From Bacteriovoracia bacterium (GTDB taxonomy: Bacteria; Bdellovibrionota; UBA1018; CAIPTA01), in assembly GCA_050246755.1 (NCBI GenBank), contig JBFWVL010000007.1:1-64000 (forward strand): a stretch of DNA of 64,000 nucleotides, given 5' to 3'. This document shows, piece by piece, positions 19,126-28,996 of this stretch. Both the position numbers and the translations under genes were made by a program. The notes beneath the pieces were generated by a model. The model was not told where the DNA came from. It worked only from the letters and a program-made list of their open reading frames with translations, and made no database searches. Each line of letters begins with the position of its first letter. Positions within the stretch are counted from its first letter, which is position 1.

Positions 19126-19857
19126 TTAGAGCTTAGGCGGAACCGGCGTGTTCTCGAGTGGCTCGAATTTCAGCCACAGTTCCTGCATGCCGGGCTTCTG
19201 GGTTTGGGTGAGCACTTTAATTTCTTTATGGCCCCGACGCACGAAGCGGAGATCGAATTCTTGGTTCAGCGGCAGAGAAATTTTTCCGCTGATTACGGGC
19301 ATATCCTTGCCGTTCACCAGCACGCTGAAATTGTCGGAATCGGATTTCAGCACAAAGATCGCCATGGTGCTTTCCTCGGCTACCTCCGGTTTCACGGGCA
19401 CCATAAATGAGCTCACCGGAGATTTATGCACGCCGGGATCGGTTAGCGGCTCCGGAGCTGGAATTATGGTGAGTGAAGCCGGTGCGCGCTCGGCCGCCGG
19501 AACGGCGGTACGCTTGTGGTAGAAATAGAGTCCGGCGCCCACGGCTAATGCCATGAGGCCCACCGGCCAAAAAGGTTTACGCTCCGGAGTGGGAGGCATG
19601 GCGGCGGCTAGGGTGCGATTGAAGGCGGGAGTGACCGGAGCTTCGATTTCGGGCGCAGCAAGTACCGGCGCGCTTTCACTTTTTTTCGGGGCCAGGCTCC
19701 CGGTGTCCAGCTGTAGGTGGATGGTCTTTTCCTTGGTGGCGAATTCTTTTTCGTTATACGAAGTGGGGGCGTCGATGCTCACGCAAGTTTGTAGTTCGGG
19801 CTCTACCGCTGCTTCCACCGACGCCTTATCGATCTGCTTTTTCTTTACGTTTGCCAT
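19126..19857 (-). CDS. Hypothetical single-pass membrane protein with a PEGA-like C-terminal beta domain
   Basis: Low-complexity N-terminus, TM FWPVGLMALAVGAGLYF, C-terminal ..FSVLVNG..LRFVRRGH. Confidence 0.65.
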   Translation of the reverse strand: MANVKKKQIDKASVEAAVEPELQTCVSIDAPTSYNEKEFATKEKTIHLQLDTGSLAPKKSESAPVLAAPEIEAPVTPAFNRTLAAAMPPTPERKPFWPVGLMALAVGAGLYFYHKRTAVPAAERAPASLTIIPAPEPLTDPGVHKSPVSSFMVPVKPEVAEESTMAIFVLKSDSDNFSVLVNGKDMPVISGKISLPLNQEFDLRFVRRGHKEIKVLTQTQKPGMQELWLKFEPLENTPVPPKL

Positions 19858-19913
19858 CAGCACTCCCGGCCCGCATGGGGGCTACCGCTTTTCGGCAGAA
19901 GGAGTGACTTAGC

Positions 19914-20588
19914 TTAACGGCCTTTTTCTTTTTTCTCGGCTTCGCGTACCGCTTGGCGGTAGCGAGAATCCAGCTTCTGGTAGGTGGTTTCTTGGGTATC
20001 GAGGGCTTTTCGCCATTTATTGAGAGCTTGCTGGTTTTCAAGCCGAAGCTTCTCTTGGCTTTCCTTTTGGCGCTCTACATCCATGATGTCTTTGTCTAGG
20101 CCGGTAAGCTCGGACTGCAAGTGATCTCGGTTTTTCTGCCAACTGCCGGAGCGATCGTTCATCTTCGAGAGATTGTCTTCGGAAATGTCGATGCTCTCTT
20201 GGAGAGCCTTACGGGCTTCTTTCAAAGACTCAAGCTTGCGCTCCACCAGCTTGATATCTCTCACCACGAGCTCCAGCTCTTGGCGGTCTTTCAGTAGGCC
20301 CCGGTCGAACTCTTTGCGGGCCGAGCCCGTGGCGGCGAGCTTTTGGCTATAATCGTTGAAGGTTTCCTTGGCCTGCTTTTGCTCTTCGAGTTTTTTATTG
20401 AGAGCGCTTTCAAGTGCCCCGATATTCTTCTTCAGTTTACCGTCGTTTTCTTCGAGTTCGCCGATTTGCTTCTTCGCCTGCTCCACCTTCTTTTGCGCGT
20501 CGTCTAGGTTGGTTTTAATTTCCTCTAAAAGAACGTCGGCCGAGTGGGCGGTGAGGGCTGCTACTAGAACTAGGATTTTGAATATCAT
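19914..20588 (-). CDS. Secreted coiled-coil protein
   Basis: Signal peptide ..LTAHSA; heptad-rich E/K/L/Q body. Confidence 0.75.
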   Translation of the reverse strand: MIFKILVLVAALTAHSADVLLEEIKTNLDDAQKKVEQAKKQIGELEENDGKLKKNIGALESALNKKLEEQKQAKETFNDYSQKLAATGSARKEFDRGLLKDRQELELVVRDIKLVERKLESLKEARKALQESIDISEDNLSKMNDRSGSWQKNRDHLQSELTGLDKDIMDVERQKESQEKLRLENQQALNKWRKALDTQETTYQKLDSRYRQAVREAEKKEKGR

Positions 20589-21208
20589 TTGGATTCCTCA
20601 CTTCGGTTTGCCGAGCCGCGCAAATTCTCTAGGTAAGGCAACATACGAGGGTCGCTCCAGGGCTGCGCGCCGATAAACTTATTATCTATCACCATCTCTC
20701 GGTTGATAAGAAAAGTTTCGGGAAATCGGCTTGAACCGAAGGAATTCGCGATCTTAGAGTCGGGGTCGAGCACTAAAATCATCCGGTCCCGGATAGAGCC
20801 AAGCGTGGGATTGCGCAAAAAAAACTCTTCTATCACGGCCCAGTCTTGGTCGATGGCCACGGCCACAAAGCTATAACCTTGGGGGCGTAGCTGATCGGAG
20901 AGCTTCAATATTTCCGGAAGTTCCTGGAGGCAGGGGCCGCACCACGTGGCCCAAAAGTGAACAATCACGGGGTAGCCTTTGAGTTGGTGTAGGTGAAATT
21001 TCTTATTCGAGGCAATGAGTTCGGCGGGCACCGAGAAGTCCGGGGCATGAGTACCTAACCGAATTGCCTCTATATTGGAGGGGGGGTGAACAGCGTTCGT
21101 GATTGCTTCCGGACCTAAATAATTGAATCCGAAATAGACTAAACCCACCACCGCTACGAACCCAGCAAGTTTAAGCCATTGAAATAAAGCGCGATTTTCT
21201 GTTTTCAT
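20585..21208 (-). CDS. TlpA/ResA-family membrane-anchored thiol-disulfide oxidoreductase
   Basis: HFWATWCGPC, FPETFLI, N-terminal TM helix. Confidence 0.92.
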   Translation of the reverse strand: MKTENRALFQWLKLAGFVAVVGLVYFGFNYLGPEAITNAVHPPSNIEAIRLGTHAPDFSVPAELIASNKKFHLHQLKGYPVIVHFWATWCGPCLQELPEILKLSDQLRPQGYSFVAVAIDQDWAVIEEFFLRNPTLGSIRDRMILVLDPDSKIANSFGSSRFPETFLINREMVIDNKFIGAQPWSDPRMLPYLENLRGSANRSEESK

Positions 21209-21369
21209 AAAGTGCGGAGAACCCTACCTACGTGCTTCCTGTTTTGTCCGTTATGGTATACTTTTTAAGTACGGACGAGGATGTTTTTGCACCGAACGCA
21301 AACGGTTGCCTATGTCTGTCTCTAGGTGAGCTCAGCTTTCGCCGAAGAGTAGTAACAGGATGGAAGCGA

Positions 21370-22662
21370 ATGGTGGAGAAGCTTAGAAATGCCGTAGGCG
21401 GCCGGGTTCAAAAGAACCGGGAAGCCTTGTTGCAGCGCCTCGAAGGCGAGCTCGATGGCGTTTACGATTTCATCTATCAGGTATTTGCCGAAGAAGAGAC
21501 GGCCGTAAAGATACTTCGTAACACGTTGCGCAGTGCCGTTCGCCGCGCCAAGAACGAACAGTACGAGCGTTACCTGCGTCTCTGGGCCTTCCGTATTGCT
21601 GTGGAAAATATTCGTCCTGCTTATCGTCGTTTTCTTTCGGAACGTCTCCCCAACCAAAAGGTTCCTCTCGAATGCTTAGCCCTGGAAGAGAAGCTTGCGC
21701 TTTTCTTGCACGATCGTGCCGGACTCACCGGGGAAGAGATTTCGGGAGTGCTGCAAGTTCAGGTAGGAAAAGTAGGACGCCTTCTCACCTACGCTCGAGA
21801 GAAGGCCGCCCGTGAGCTTCTCGGGATTGCTTGGCCAGCCAGTGAAATTTTAGCTCTGCGTGAACGCGTGGCTTTGAACCAGGCCCTAGATTTAGGCGCC
21901 GAGAAAGGCACGCCCAAAACCTATTTCTCCGTGATGCGCCAAGTGCAGGAGATGGTACGCGGCCTTCCAGCCCGTCGTTTTGCCGAAATCGAAAGCTCGG
22001 TTCGTAGCCAGCAATTAAATCCAATTTTGGGCCGCAGTGCTGGCGTGCGCTGGCAAGATCTTTCTTGGCAGTACAAACTAGGCCTCGAGGCCTCTTTTCT
22101 TGGCTTCGTGGGCCTCTTCGCCGTGGTGGTTTTACCCTGGGCGCTGAGCCGGGTGAATGTGAATGCTTTCGTGGAAGGCCGCTTTGCCCAAGTGCTCGAG
22201 GTGGAATCCCAGGCCCGGAACGGCCCGGACCTCCGCGGCATCACCACCGATCGTTTGCTGGCTTCCGAGGGAGAGAATGATTCTTCGGCCGCCACGGAAA
22301 AAGACGAATTCGCCGAAATGGATTTTCCTTCGGGCGACGGGTACGAGGCTGGAGCCTCGCCGGTGGCTCCTTCGAAACAGAATGCGGCTGTTTATCGCTT
22401 GATCGTGCAGAGCCCAAGCCCGCAGGATTTGATCCCGCACGTGCGCAGCGTGTTCGCTCAGAAGAACGTGAGAGAGCGTGATAACTCCGGCCGCAGCATG
22501 CCAGGTGGCGTTTACTTCGACGGTATCACGAGCGTGGGGGCCTATCCCCAAATCTTGCAGCAGATCCAAGGCATGGGGCAGACGAAGACCTATTCCAATC
22601 CCGGCGCCAGCCGCAACCCGAACGAGCGCGCGCGCGTGATCGTTTGGGTACAGCAGATCTAA
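21370..22662 (+). CDS. ECF sigma-like protein (degenerate regions 2 and 4) fused to a TM helix and an extracytoplasmic domain
   Basis: Region 2-like VYDFIYQV...LWAFRIAVENIR; region 4-like LALEEKLALFLHDRAGLTGEEISGVLQVQVGKVGRLLTYARE; TM FLGFVGLFAVVVLPWAL. Confidence 0.6.
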   Translation: MVEKLRNAVGGRVQKNREALLQRLEGELDGVYDFIYQVFAEEETAVKILRNTLRSAVRRAKNEQYERYLRLWAFRIAVENIRPAYRRFLSERLPNQKVPLECLALEEKLALFLHDRAGLTGEEISGVLQVQVGKVGRLLTYAREKAARELLGIAWPASEILALRERVALNQALDLGAEKGTPKTYFSVMRQVQEMVRGLPARRFAEIESSVRSQQLNPILGRSAGVRWQDLSWQYKLGLEASFLGFVGLFAVVVLPWALSRVNVNAFVEGRFAQVLEVESQARNGPDLRGITTDRLLASEGENDSSAATEKDEFAEMDFPSGDGYEAGASPVAPSKQNAAVYRLIVQSPSPQDLIPHVRSVFAQKNVRERDNSGRSMPGGVYFDGITSVGAYPQILQQIQGMGQTKTYSNPGASRNPNERARVIVWVQQI

Positions 22663-22663
22663 T

Positions 22664-23944
22664 CTACTTCTCTCTCGATTGTATTTTGTATTTGTAGCCG
22701 GTTTCCGGCCAGATCTTATCTAGGTATTTATCGAAATCATCAATATTGATCTGCACGCTGGGCACCTTTTTAGGGCCCGCGCTCGCTAGCTCCCGTTTGG
22801 AAGCCTGGTCGATCTGCTTGTTGATATTGCTCGCGATGCCCGCAGCGATTTTCTCCGGGTCGTAGGTTTTCTTCCCATTTTCTTCAAATACGCCCACGGT
22901 GGGCATCCCGAGCCCCACGGCCGCAAATTGTAGGTCTTCGCGGAGGTCGGTTTTAGAAACGAGTTTCGTTGAATTGTCCTGGCCGGCCTTCACCGGAGTT
23001 TTATCGTTCTTGCCCGGTTCCTGCACTTCGAAAGTGGGATCGCTGAGTTTTGCCTTATAGGCGGCTACTTGTTTCTTCACCACGTCCTGGTTTTGGCTGA
23101 GCTCGTCGGCGAGGAAGCGCTCTTTTTTTAATCGCGGCGCCTTGGTTTCGGGGTCTAACTCCCAAACCATATGCTGCGTTCCTGGGCCGGTCCTGGAGCC
23201 GCGATGGGCAAAGTTCCAGCGCTTCTTCTCTTCGTTCGTGCTGGAGTACATGTCGATGAAATCTTCGTATTTCTTTTTGAAGTCTTGGCCGAGCTTGTCT
23301 CGTTCCGAAGCTGTTTTCGCGTCGATCTGGTAGCTCACCCCTTCGGCGAGATCCCGCCCCGTAAGCTTGAAGCTGTCGGTATAGGAAAAGCCGGTTTGCC
23401 GGGCCAACTGTTTTTTCCCGCTGAGCAGCTGCCGATTGTCCATCGACTTCATGTTCAGCTGCGCGGTATTACTTTGCAGAATCATGGATTTCACGCCCTT
23501 GCCCAAGTTGTACTGGATCAGGGCCTGCATCATGCGGGATTTATCGTGATCGTCGCACTTCTTGCCCTGCAGGCAGTTCACCACGGATTCCTGCATCTGC
23601 TGCAATTTATCGGGATCACCCATTCTTGCCCTGGCAAATAAACTTTGTGTGCGCATGTAGTGGGCGAGGTAACTGTAACCCTGGGCCGCGCGGCCGAACG
23701 CATCTTTTTGCGCTACGCAGGTGGCGGCATCGTCTCTCCCGCCGGTGCAGCGGACCTGGGTGCGCTTGTATTCATTGTTAGCCACGTTATTGGGGGCGTC
23801 GAAGGTTTCTTCGGGAGTGCGCTCCACTTCCATCTTCTTGGGCGGAGCGCGGCTCGTGGCGGGCGCGGCGAGGCTGGCGCTGGTTAGCGAGAGAGCCGTT
23901 CCGGCGAAGAGAAAAATCTTAAAAATGTGGGCCTTTGGCGCCAT
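22664..23944 (-). CDS. Hypothetical secreted protein
   Basis: Signal peptide ..SLTSASLA; Cys pairs; no family recognised. Confidence 0.75.
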   Translation of the reverse strand: MAPKAHIFKIFLFAGTALSLTSASLAAPATSRAPPKKMEVERTPEETFDAPNNVANNEYKRTQVRCTGGRDDAATCVAQKDAFGRAAQGYSYLAHYMRTQSLFARARMGDPDKLQQMQESVVNCLQGKKCDDHDKSRMMQALIQYNLGKGVKSMILQSNTAQLNMKSMDNRQLLSGKKQLARQTGFSYTDSFKLTGRDLAEGVSYQIDAKTASERDKLGQDFKKKYEDFIDMYSSTNEEKKRWNFAHRGSRTGPGTQHMVWELDPETKAPRLKKERFLADELSQNQDVVKKQVAAYKAKLSDPTFEVQEPGKNDKTPVKAGQDNSTKLVSKTDLREDLQFAAVGLGMPTVGVFEENGKKTYDPEKIAAGIASNINKQIDQASKRELASAGPKKVPSVQINIDDFDKYLDKIWPETGYKYKIQSREK

Positions 23945-23972
23945 TTTTCTATTGTACCTCGCGGAAAAGAGA

Positions 23973-23988
23973 AGCAAAACCGGCGCCA
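23973..23988 (-). promoter_or_regulatory. sigma54 -24/-12 promoter
   Basis: Minus strand TGGCGCCGGTTTTGCT; tandem imperfect palindromes upstream at 24038-24074. Confidence 0.65.
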
Positions 23989-24076
23989 GCGCCAAATCGC
24001 TCCTAAGGCGAAATAGGCTGTTTTAACGGTGGGATAGCTGTCTAAGGGATAGTCATAGCCTGGTGGTTAGGCAGGG

Positions 24077-24886
24077 CTAAAGCGCCTTGGGATCGAGCTT
24101 GCGCCGGAGGCCTTCGCCGAGGAGGTGGAATCCCAGTACGGTGGCCATAATGGCAAGCCCGGGAAAGGTGGAAACGTGGGGCGCTTCGAGGAGAACGTCG
24201 CGGCCGAAATTCAGGAGAGATCCCCAGCTGGGGGTACCGGGAGGAACACCGATACCGAGAAATGAGAGTCCGGCTTCGGCGAGAATGGTGCCGGCGATCC
24301 CGAAGGTAGCGGTTACTACGAGGGGAGAAAATATATTCGGCCAGAGATGAAATAGAAAGATCCGCGTATTCCCGAGGCCAAGCGCGCGGGCGGCTTCCAC
24401 GTATTCGAGATCCCGGATCGCGCGCACTTCCCCGCGCACGAGGCGGGCGTAACCGGCCCAGCTCGTGAGGCTAAGGCACAAAATGAGATTTCCTTTGCTC
24501 GGGCCGAGCATGCTGGCGAGGGCGATCGCGAGGATGGTGCCGGGAAAGGCGAAGATCACGTCGAGGAAGCGCATCAACAGAGTATCGCGCCAGCCGCCGA
24601 AATAACCGGCGAGGCTGCCGAGAATAAGTCCTACCAGCACGGAGATAAACGTAACGATGAATCCCACTTCGATCGAGATGCGCGCGCCGTGAATGAGAAT
24701 GGATAAAATATCGGTGCCGTTGGAATCGCAGCCGAGGAGATGGTGGCGCCCCGGCTGACAGAGCTCTTCCGTGAGGGAGATCTGCAGGGGATCGTAGGGC
24801 GAAAGCAACGGCGCCAGAATCCCCAGGAGAGAAACGAGGCCCACGATCGCTGCGCCGAAATAAAGATTCCAGTTGCGCGATTTCAT
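24077..24886 (-). CDS. Peptide/nickel ABC transporter permease (DppC/OppC-like)
   Basis: HLLGCDSNG.D, EYVEAARALG EAA loop, AEAGLSFLGIG...PSWG. Confidence 0.93.
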   Translation of the reverse strand: MKSRNWNLYFGAAIVGLVSLLGILAPLLSPYDPLQISLTEELCQPGRHHLLGCDSNGTDILSILIHGARISIEVGFIVTFISVLVGLILGSLAGYFGGWRDTLLMRFLDVIFAFPGTILAIALASMLGPSKGNLILCLSLTSWAGYARLVRGEVRAIRDLEYVEAARALGLGNTRIFLFHLWPNIFSPLVVTATFGIAGTILAEAGLSFLGIGVPPGTPSWGSLLNFGRDVLLEAPHVSTFPGLAIMATVLGFHLLGEGLRRKLDPKAL

Positions 24887-25803
24887 TTGAGCTCGATTCT
24901 GGGATTAGCCAGCGAGTAGGCGAGATCGGCGAGCGTGTTGGCAAATACGTAGGTGGCCGCGATCACGAGCACGCTCCCTTGCACCAAAGGAAAATCCCGC
25001 GATTGGATCGCGCGGTACACGAGTTCTCCCAGGCCGGGCCAATCGAAAATGGTTTCGGTGATCACGGCGCCGGCAAGCAGCGCGCCGAGCTGGAGACCAA
25101 GCAGGGTGATCACCGGGATAAGTGCATTTTTCAACGCGTGTTTGAAATAGACTTTCGGCCAGGAAAGGCCCTTCGATTTCGCGGTGGTGATATATTCCTG
25201 GCTCAATACCTCGGCCATCGTGGCACGGGTCATGCGCGTGAGTACCGCAGAGAGGCCGAAACCGAGAGTGAGCGAAGGCAATACGTAGCTAGCCCAGCCT
25301 TCCCTTTCCGAAACTGGAAACCAACCCAGCTTTACGGCGAAAAAAAGCATCAAAAGGGGCCCGAACCAGAAGCTCGGCATCGAAACTCCGAGGATGGAAT
25401 AAAAAAGCACGAGCCGGTCAAAGATGGATTTTTTGAACATTGCGCCAAGCACGCCGAGCGGGATGGCGATCAGCACCGCCCAGGCCATCGCGGCGAGAGC
25501 CAGCGAAAGGGTGGCGGGAAAGCGCTCGGCAATCAGGGTGAAAACCGGTTTTTTCGAGAGAAAAGATTCGCCCAGGTCGCCCTTGAGTGCGGATCGCCAA
25601 AAAATCCCGTATTGCTCGAGGAGGGGGCGATCCAAGTGAAGGCTCGCGCGCAGTGCTTCTTTACTGGAGGCCTGGGCGTTTTCCCCGAGCATGATTTCTA
25701 CGGGATCGCCTGGCACGAGGTGGAGCAGCAAAAAAACCAGCGTGCCCACGCCCCAGAGCACCGGGATGAGCTGTAGGAGTCTTTTGCCGAAAAATAGCAG
25801 CAT
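24883..25803 (-). CDS. Peptide/nickel ABC transporter permease (DppB/OppB-like)
   Basis: PGDPV, GDLGESF, EYITTAKSKG, TETIFDWPGLG, NPRI. Confidence 0.93.
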   Translation of the reverse strand: MLLFFGKRLLQLIPVLWGVGTLVFLLLHLVPGDPVEIMLGENAQASSKEALRASLHLDRPLLEQYGIFWRSALKGDLGESFLSKKPVFTLIAERFPATLSLALAAMAWAVLIAIPLGVLGAMFKKSIFDRLVLFYSILGVSMPSFWFGPLLMLFFAVKLGWFPVSEREGWASYVLPSLTLGFGLSAVLTRMTRATMAEVLSQEYITTAKSKGLSWPKVYFKHALKNALIPVITLLGLQLGALLAGAVITETIFDWPGLGELVYRAIQSRDFPLVQGSVLVIAATYVFANTLADLAYSLANPRIELK

Positions 25804-25804
25804 C

Positions 25805-26536
25805 CTATTTTAGCCCTAGCGCCTTCTTGGCATCTTTCTCGGTGCTGAGCGCAATCTTAGTCCCATTCGCGGGCGCCGAGATCTCACAGACTTTTCCGCT
25901 CGGCGCGATCCACCACTCGGCCTGGCCGTTGAATTCCACCGTCACTTTGCGGCAATCGAGGCCGTTTATTTTTTTGGTGGCTTCCGAAATGAGGGCCGCG
26001 CCTTCCATGGGATCGTAGTTTCCGTCGCGCACGTCTTCCACGATGGCCTGAAAAGTGAATGGCTCTTTGCCTGGTTTCTTCGAAGCGAGCACGAGCGAAA
26101 GCAAGTTGGAAAGGTACATGCCCGGCTTCATCAGCACCGATTTTCGCTCTTTCCCGCCGTTAGCGGCCTTCACGGTGATCTCGAGCGACTTGCCCTTCAC
26201 ACGGCCGTCCACCTTGTTCGTTTTTCCGCCCTGTTTTCGTTCACGGAAAAAGGCCACGGGAGTGAAATTTCCATCATCGGCGGCTACCGCGCCGATGTAG
26301 GTTTCGGTGAGCGCGCCTTCGCGTTCCACCCAGCGCTGGGTAACGGCGATTTGTTTGTCGCCTGCGCGTTTTTCGGCGGTTTCCTCGAAGAATCCGGCGG
26401 CGCGGCCGTTCGCGGTGTAAAGGTACCATTCTTTCCACAGGGTTTCGGTCTTGGCGAATGCGTTGGCATGGGCGGCCAAAAACACGAAGAGCGCGAGAGC
26501 GCTAGGCGGGCAGTTTGCTTTTTTCTTCTTTCTCAT
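25805..26536 (-). CDS. Hypothetical secreted beta-rich protein
   Basis: Basic N-terminus, signal ..HANAFA; lies in the yihY-dppBC run. Confidence 0.7.
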   Translation of the reverse strand: MRKKKKANCPPSALALFVFLAAHANAFAKTETLWKEWYLYTANGRAAGFFEETAEKRAGDKQIAVTQRWVEREGALTETYIGAVAADDGNFTPVAFFRERKQGGKTNKVDGRVKGKSLEITVKAANGGKERKSVLMKPGMYLSNLLSLVLASKKPGKEPFTFQAIVEDVRDGNYDPMEGAALISEATKKINGLDCRKVTVEFNGQAEWWIAPSGKVCEISAPANGTKIALSTEKDAKKALGLK

Positions 26537-27371
26537 CGTGAGATCCTTTTCGCAGCAGGCTTTTGTAATGTTGTAGCATGAAACAAAACAGGGCACCGGC
26601 GAGAAAAATCGTCCAGTTCACGTAGATCCAAACGAGGAATAGCGGGAGCACCGCCAAGCCGCCATAAACTTTATTGTAGAAGAGCGCCTTCGTGTTGTAG
26701 GAGGCGTAGAGAAACTTCGCTAGTTCCAGCATCAACGCTACGAGCGTGCCCGAAATAATCGCGGCCCGCCAATGAACTTTCTTATTGGGGAAAATTTTGT
26801 AGGTGAGCGTCACGCAAACGGCACTGAGAGCCATGGCTCCGAGATTCGCGCGCAGCAGAAATTGGGGGAAGTATTTGCTCACCACGGTGGTGGTGGCGAT
26901 CGAAAGCGACACGGAAACGGGTCCCAAGAACAAAATTAAATTGTAAGTAAGAAATCTTTTCCAAAGTTTTTTCTTTTTCCGGATCGACCAAATCCGGTTG
27001 ATCGACTCCTCGATGCTCGAAAGCATGAGCAGCGCCGTGAGTAGAACGGCGGCCACGCCGATGTAGCCGATGGTCTTGAATTGCACTTTTGCCAGTAAGG
27101 TATCGATCAAATTGGCTACCTGGTTTCCGGCGCTCGGGAGCAAATATTTCAGCAGGAAGGCCTTAAACCCCACGCTGAGCTGCTGAATGCCTACCACTAG
27201 GGACAAAGCCGAAAGGCAAACCGCAAGCAAGGGAATGAGCCCGAGAATGAGAGTGTAGGTTAGAGCGGCGGCGCGCACCGGGATTTGGTGATGCTGCCAG
27301 AGGCGAAAGTAGAGTCGGAGAAACTTGAGCAAAGAGACCTTCCCGGGGCGATTACACGATTTGCTGTTCAA
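26502..27371 (-). CDS. YihY/virulence factor BrkB family membrane protein
   Basis: AAALTYT, IEESINRIW, YGGLAVLPLFLVWIY..W.IFL.GA. Start uncertain. Confidence 0.9.
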   Translation of the reverse strand: MNSKSCNRPGKVSLLKFLRLYFRLWQHHQIPVRAAALTYTLILGLIPLLAVCLSALSLVVGIQQLSVGFKAFLLKYLLPSAGNQVANLIDTLLAKVQFKTIGYIGVAAVLLTALLMLSSIEESINRIWSIRKKKKLWKRFLTYNLILFLGPVSVSLSIATTTVVSKYFPQFLLRANLGAMALSAVCVTLTYKIFPNKKVHWRAAIISGTLVALMLELAKFLYASYNTKALFYNKVYGGLAVLPLFLVWIYVNWTIFLAGALFCFMLQHYKSLLRKGSHDEKEEKSKLPA

Positions 27372-27424
27372 GGTAATGCGATTGCCAGATTGAATCCATT
27401 GTAGCCTCGAATTAAAATTATTCT

Positions 27425-28327
27425 ATGATAAATTTCGCCTACATAGCGCTCGGTTTTGCCATCTACTTTCTGGTGCGCACGGTTTTCAGCGACGAAGAAA
27501 AACGCAGCGCCGGAAAAGCGCTCGGCAACTACCGCGACAATGCGCCCGACGCGGGAAATATAATTTTACGATATTCGCGGCCGTTCTTTTCGCGCTACCT
27601 CGTGCCCATCGTGGAAGATCTGAAAATCGAGGACCAGCGGAAAATTCTGAAAAAAAAACTGGCTTCCGCCGGCCTCAGCGAGGCGCTCACACCCAATGAG
27701 CTTTATAGTTTTAAACTATTTTTAATTATCGGATTCCCGTTTCTGTTGGGCTTCATGAAGCTGGCCTGGGAAGTGGAAGTTCCCTTCTACGCTTTCCCGA
27801 TCTCGATGGTGATCGGCTACTACTATCCCGATAAGATCTGGCTCAGCTCCGTGATCAAAAACCGTCAGCAGGAAGTGCGGCGGGCCATGCCCTTCGTGGT
27901 CGATCTTCTGGCGCTTTCCACCGAGGCCGGCCTCGATTTCATGGGCGCCATCGGCAAAGTGGTGCAGAAGGCCAAGCCGAGCCCGCTCATCCAGGAGCTG
28001 GATACGATGCTTAAGGAAATCAAGGTGGGATCCTCGCGGGCCGAGGCCATGCGCAATTTCGCTTGGCGGATCGACATGATGGAAATTAATTCTTTCGTGG
28101 CCGTGCTCGTGAGCGCCGATGAAATGGGCGCCAGCATCGGTAAGATTCTGCGCCAGCAGAGCGAGCAGGTTCGCCTCGACCGCTTCATCCGGGCGGAAAA
28201 GGCCGGGGCGGGGGCCACGCAGGCGATCCTGCTGCCGATGATCATGTTCATCATCCCGGCGGTATTCATCATCATCTTCGGTCCGTTCATTTTGGGTATG
28301 AAAAATTCCGGAGCCGGCGATCTCTAA
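27425..28327 (+). CDS. tadC: Tad pilus inner-membrane platform protein TadC
   Basis: T2SSF domain: MPFVVDLLALSTEAGLDF, GSSRAEAM, EMGASI..ILRQQS, AEKAG. Confidence 0.9.
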   Translation: MINFAYIALGFAIYFLVRTVFSDEEKRSAGKALGNYRDNAPDAGNIILRYSRPFFSRYLVPIVEDLKIEDQRKILKKKLASAGLSEALTPNELYSFKLFLIIGFPFLLGFMKLAWEVEVPFYAFPISMVIGYYYPDKIWLSSVIKNRQQEVRRAMPFVVDLLALSTEAGLDFMGAIGKVVQKAKPSPLIQELDTMLKEIKVGSSRAEAMRNFAWRIDMMEINSFVAVLVSADEMGASIGKILRQQSEQVRLDRFIRAEKAGAGATQAILLPMIMFIIPAVFIIIFGPFILGMKNSGAGDL

Positions 28328-28358
28328 GTTTGGCCGATACGGTTAGTAGGGGGCTTTT

Positions 28359-28709
28359 ACGAAAAAGATAAGGATTCAGCGTGAAGACGGTTCGGTTCTG
28401 TTGGCGAACTGCCGCGAGACCGAGAGCGCCTGGGAGCGGATGTGCGGCTTATTGCCGAAAAGTTCGCTCGGCCCCGGCGAAGGGCTTTGGCTGAGTCCCT
28501 GCACTTCGGTGCATACGTTTTTTATGCGCTTCGCGATCGACGTAGCTTTTCTCGATCGCGAGCTCCGGGTGATTAAAATCTATTCGGCCATGAAGCCCTG
28601 GCGCCTCAGTTTCATTCACCTGACGGCGGCTGGAGCGCTCGAGGCTTCGGCGGGCGCCCTGGCGGGAGTGCGGAAAGGCGAGGTATTAGAAGTATGCCAT
28701 TCTTCCTGA
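28359..28709 (+). CDS. DUF192 domain-containing protein (start uncertain: ACG 28359 or TTG 28401)
   Basis: ERMCGLL, GLWLSPCTSVHTFFMRFAIDVAFLD, MKPWR. Confidence 0.85.
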   Translation, partial: TKKIRIQREDGSVLLANCRETESAWERMCGLLPKSSLGPGEGLWLSPCTSVHTFFMRFAIDVAFLDRELRVIKIYSAMKPWRLSFIHLTAAGALEASAGALAGVRKGEVLEVCHSS

Positions 28710-28996
28710 AAATATTAGCCGGCCCCACCGAGGAAAAAGTGGGGATCAAGATTCCGCTGGCCGAGGGAGAGCATTTGGTTGGCCGCGCCTCGCCTCCCTG
28801 CGAAATTCACTTTGAGGGCAGCAAAGTTTCCAAGAAGCACTGCGTGTTCCGCGTGAACGGTAGCCAGCTCACAGTGGAAGATTTAAACAGCGCGAACGGG
28901 TTGTTCGTGAACGGAAAAAGGGCCGACAAGGTGACTCTCCAGGAAAAGGACCGCATGGTAATCGGCGATTTTGTTTTAGAAGTGACGGTGAAATAA
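28694..28996 (+). CDS. Stand-alone FHA domain protein
   Basis: VGR...VSKKH...DLNSANG. Confidence 0.92.
   Translation: MPFFLKILAGPTEEKVGIKIPLAEGEHLVGRASPPCEIHFEGSKVSKKHCVFRVNGSQLTVEDLNSANGLFVNGKRADKVTLQEKDRMVIGDFVLEVTVK

Noticed and set aside
23944-23956. Leaderless start for the secreted protein (TACAAT+6 nt+ATG)
   Set aside because: A sigma54 promoter and a GAGG SD explain this gene equally well, so it was left out of the leaderless set.
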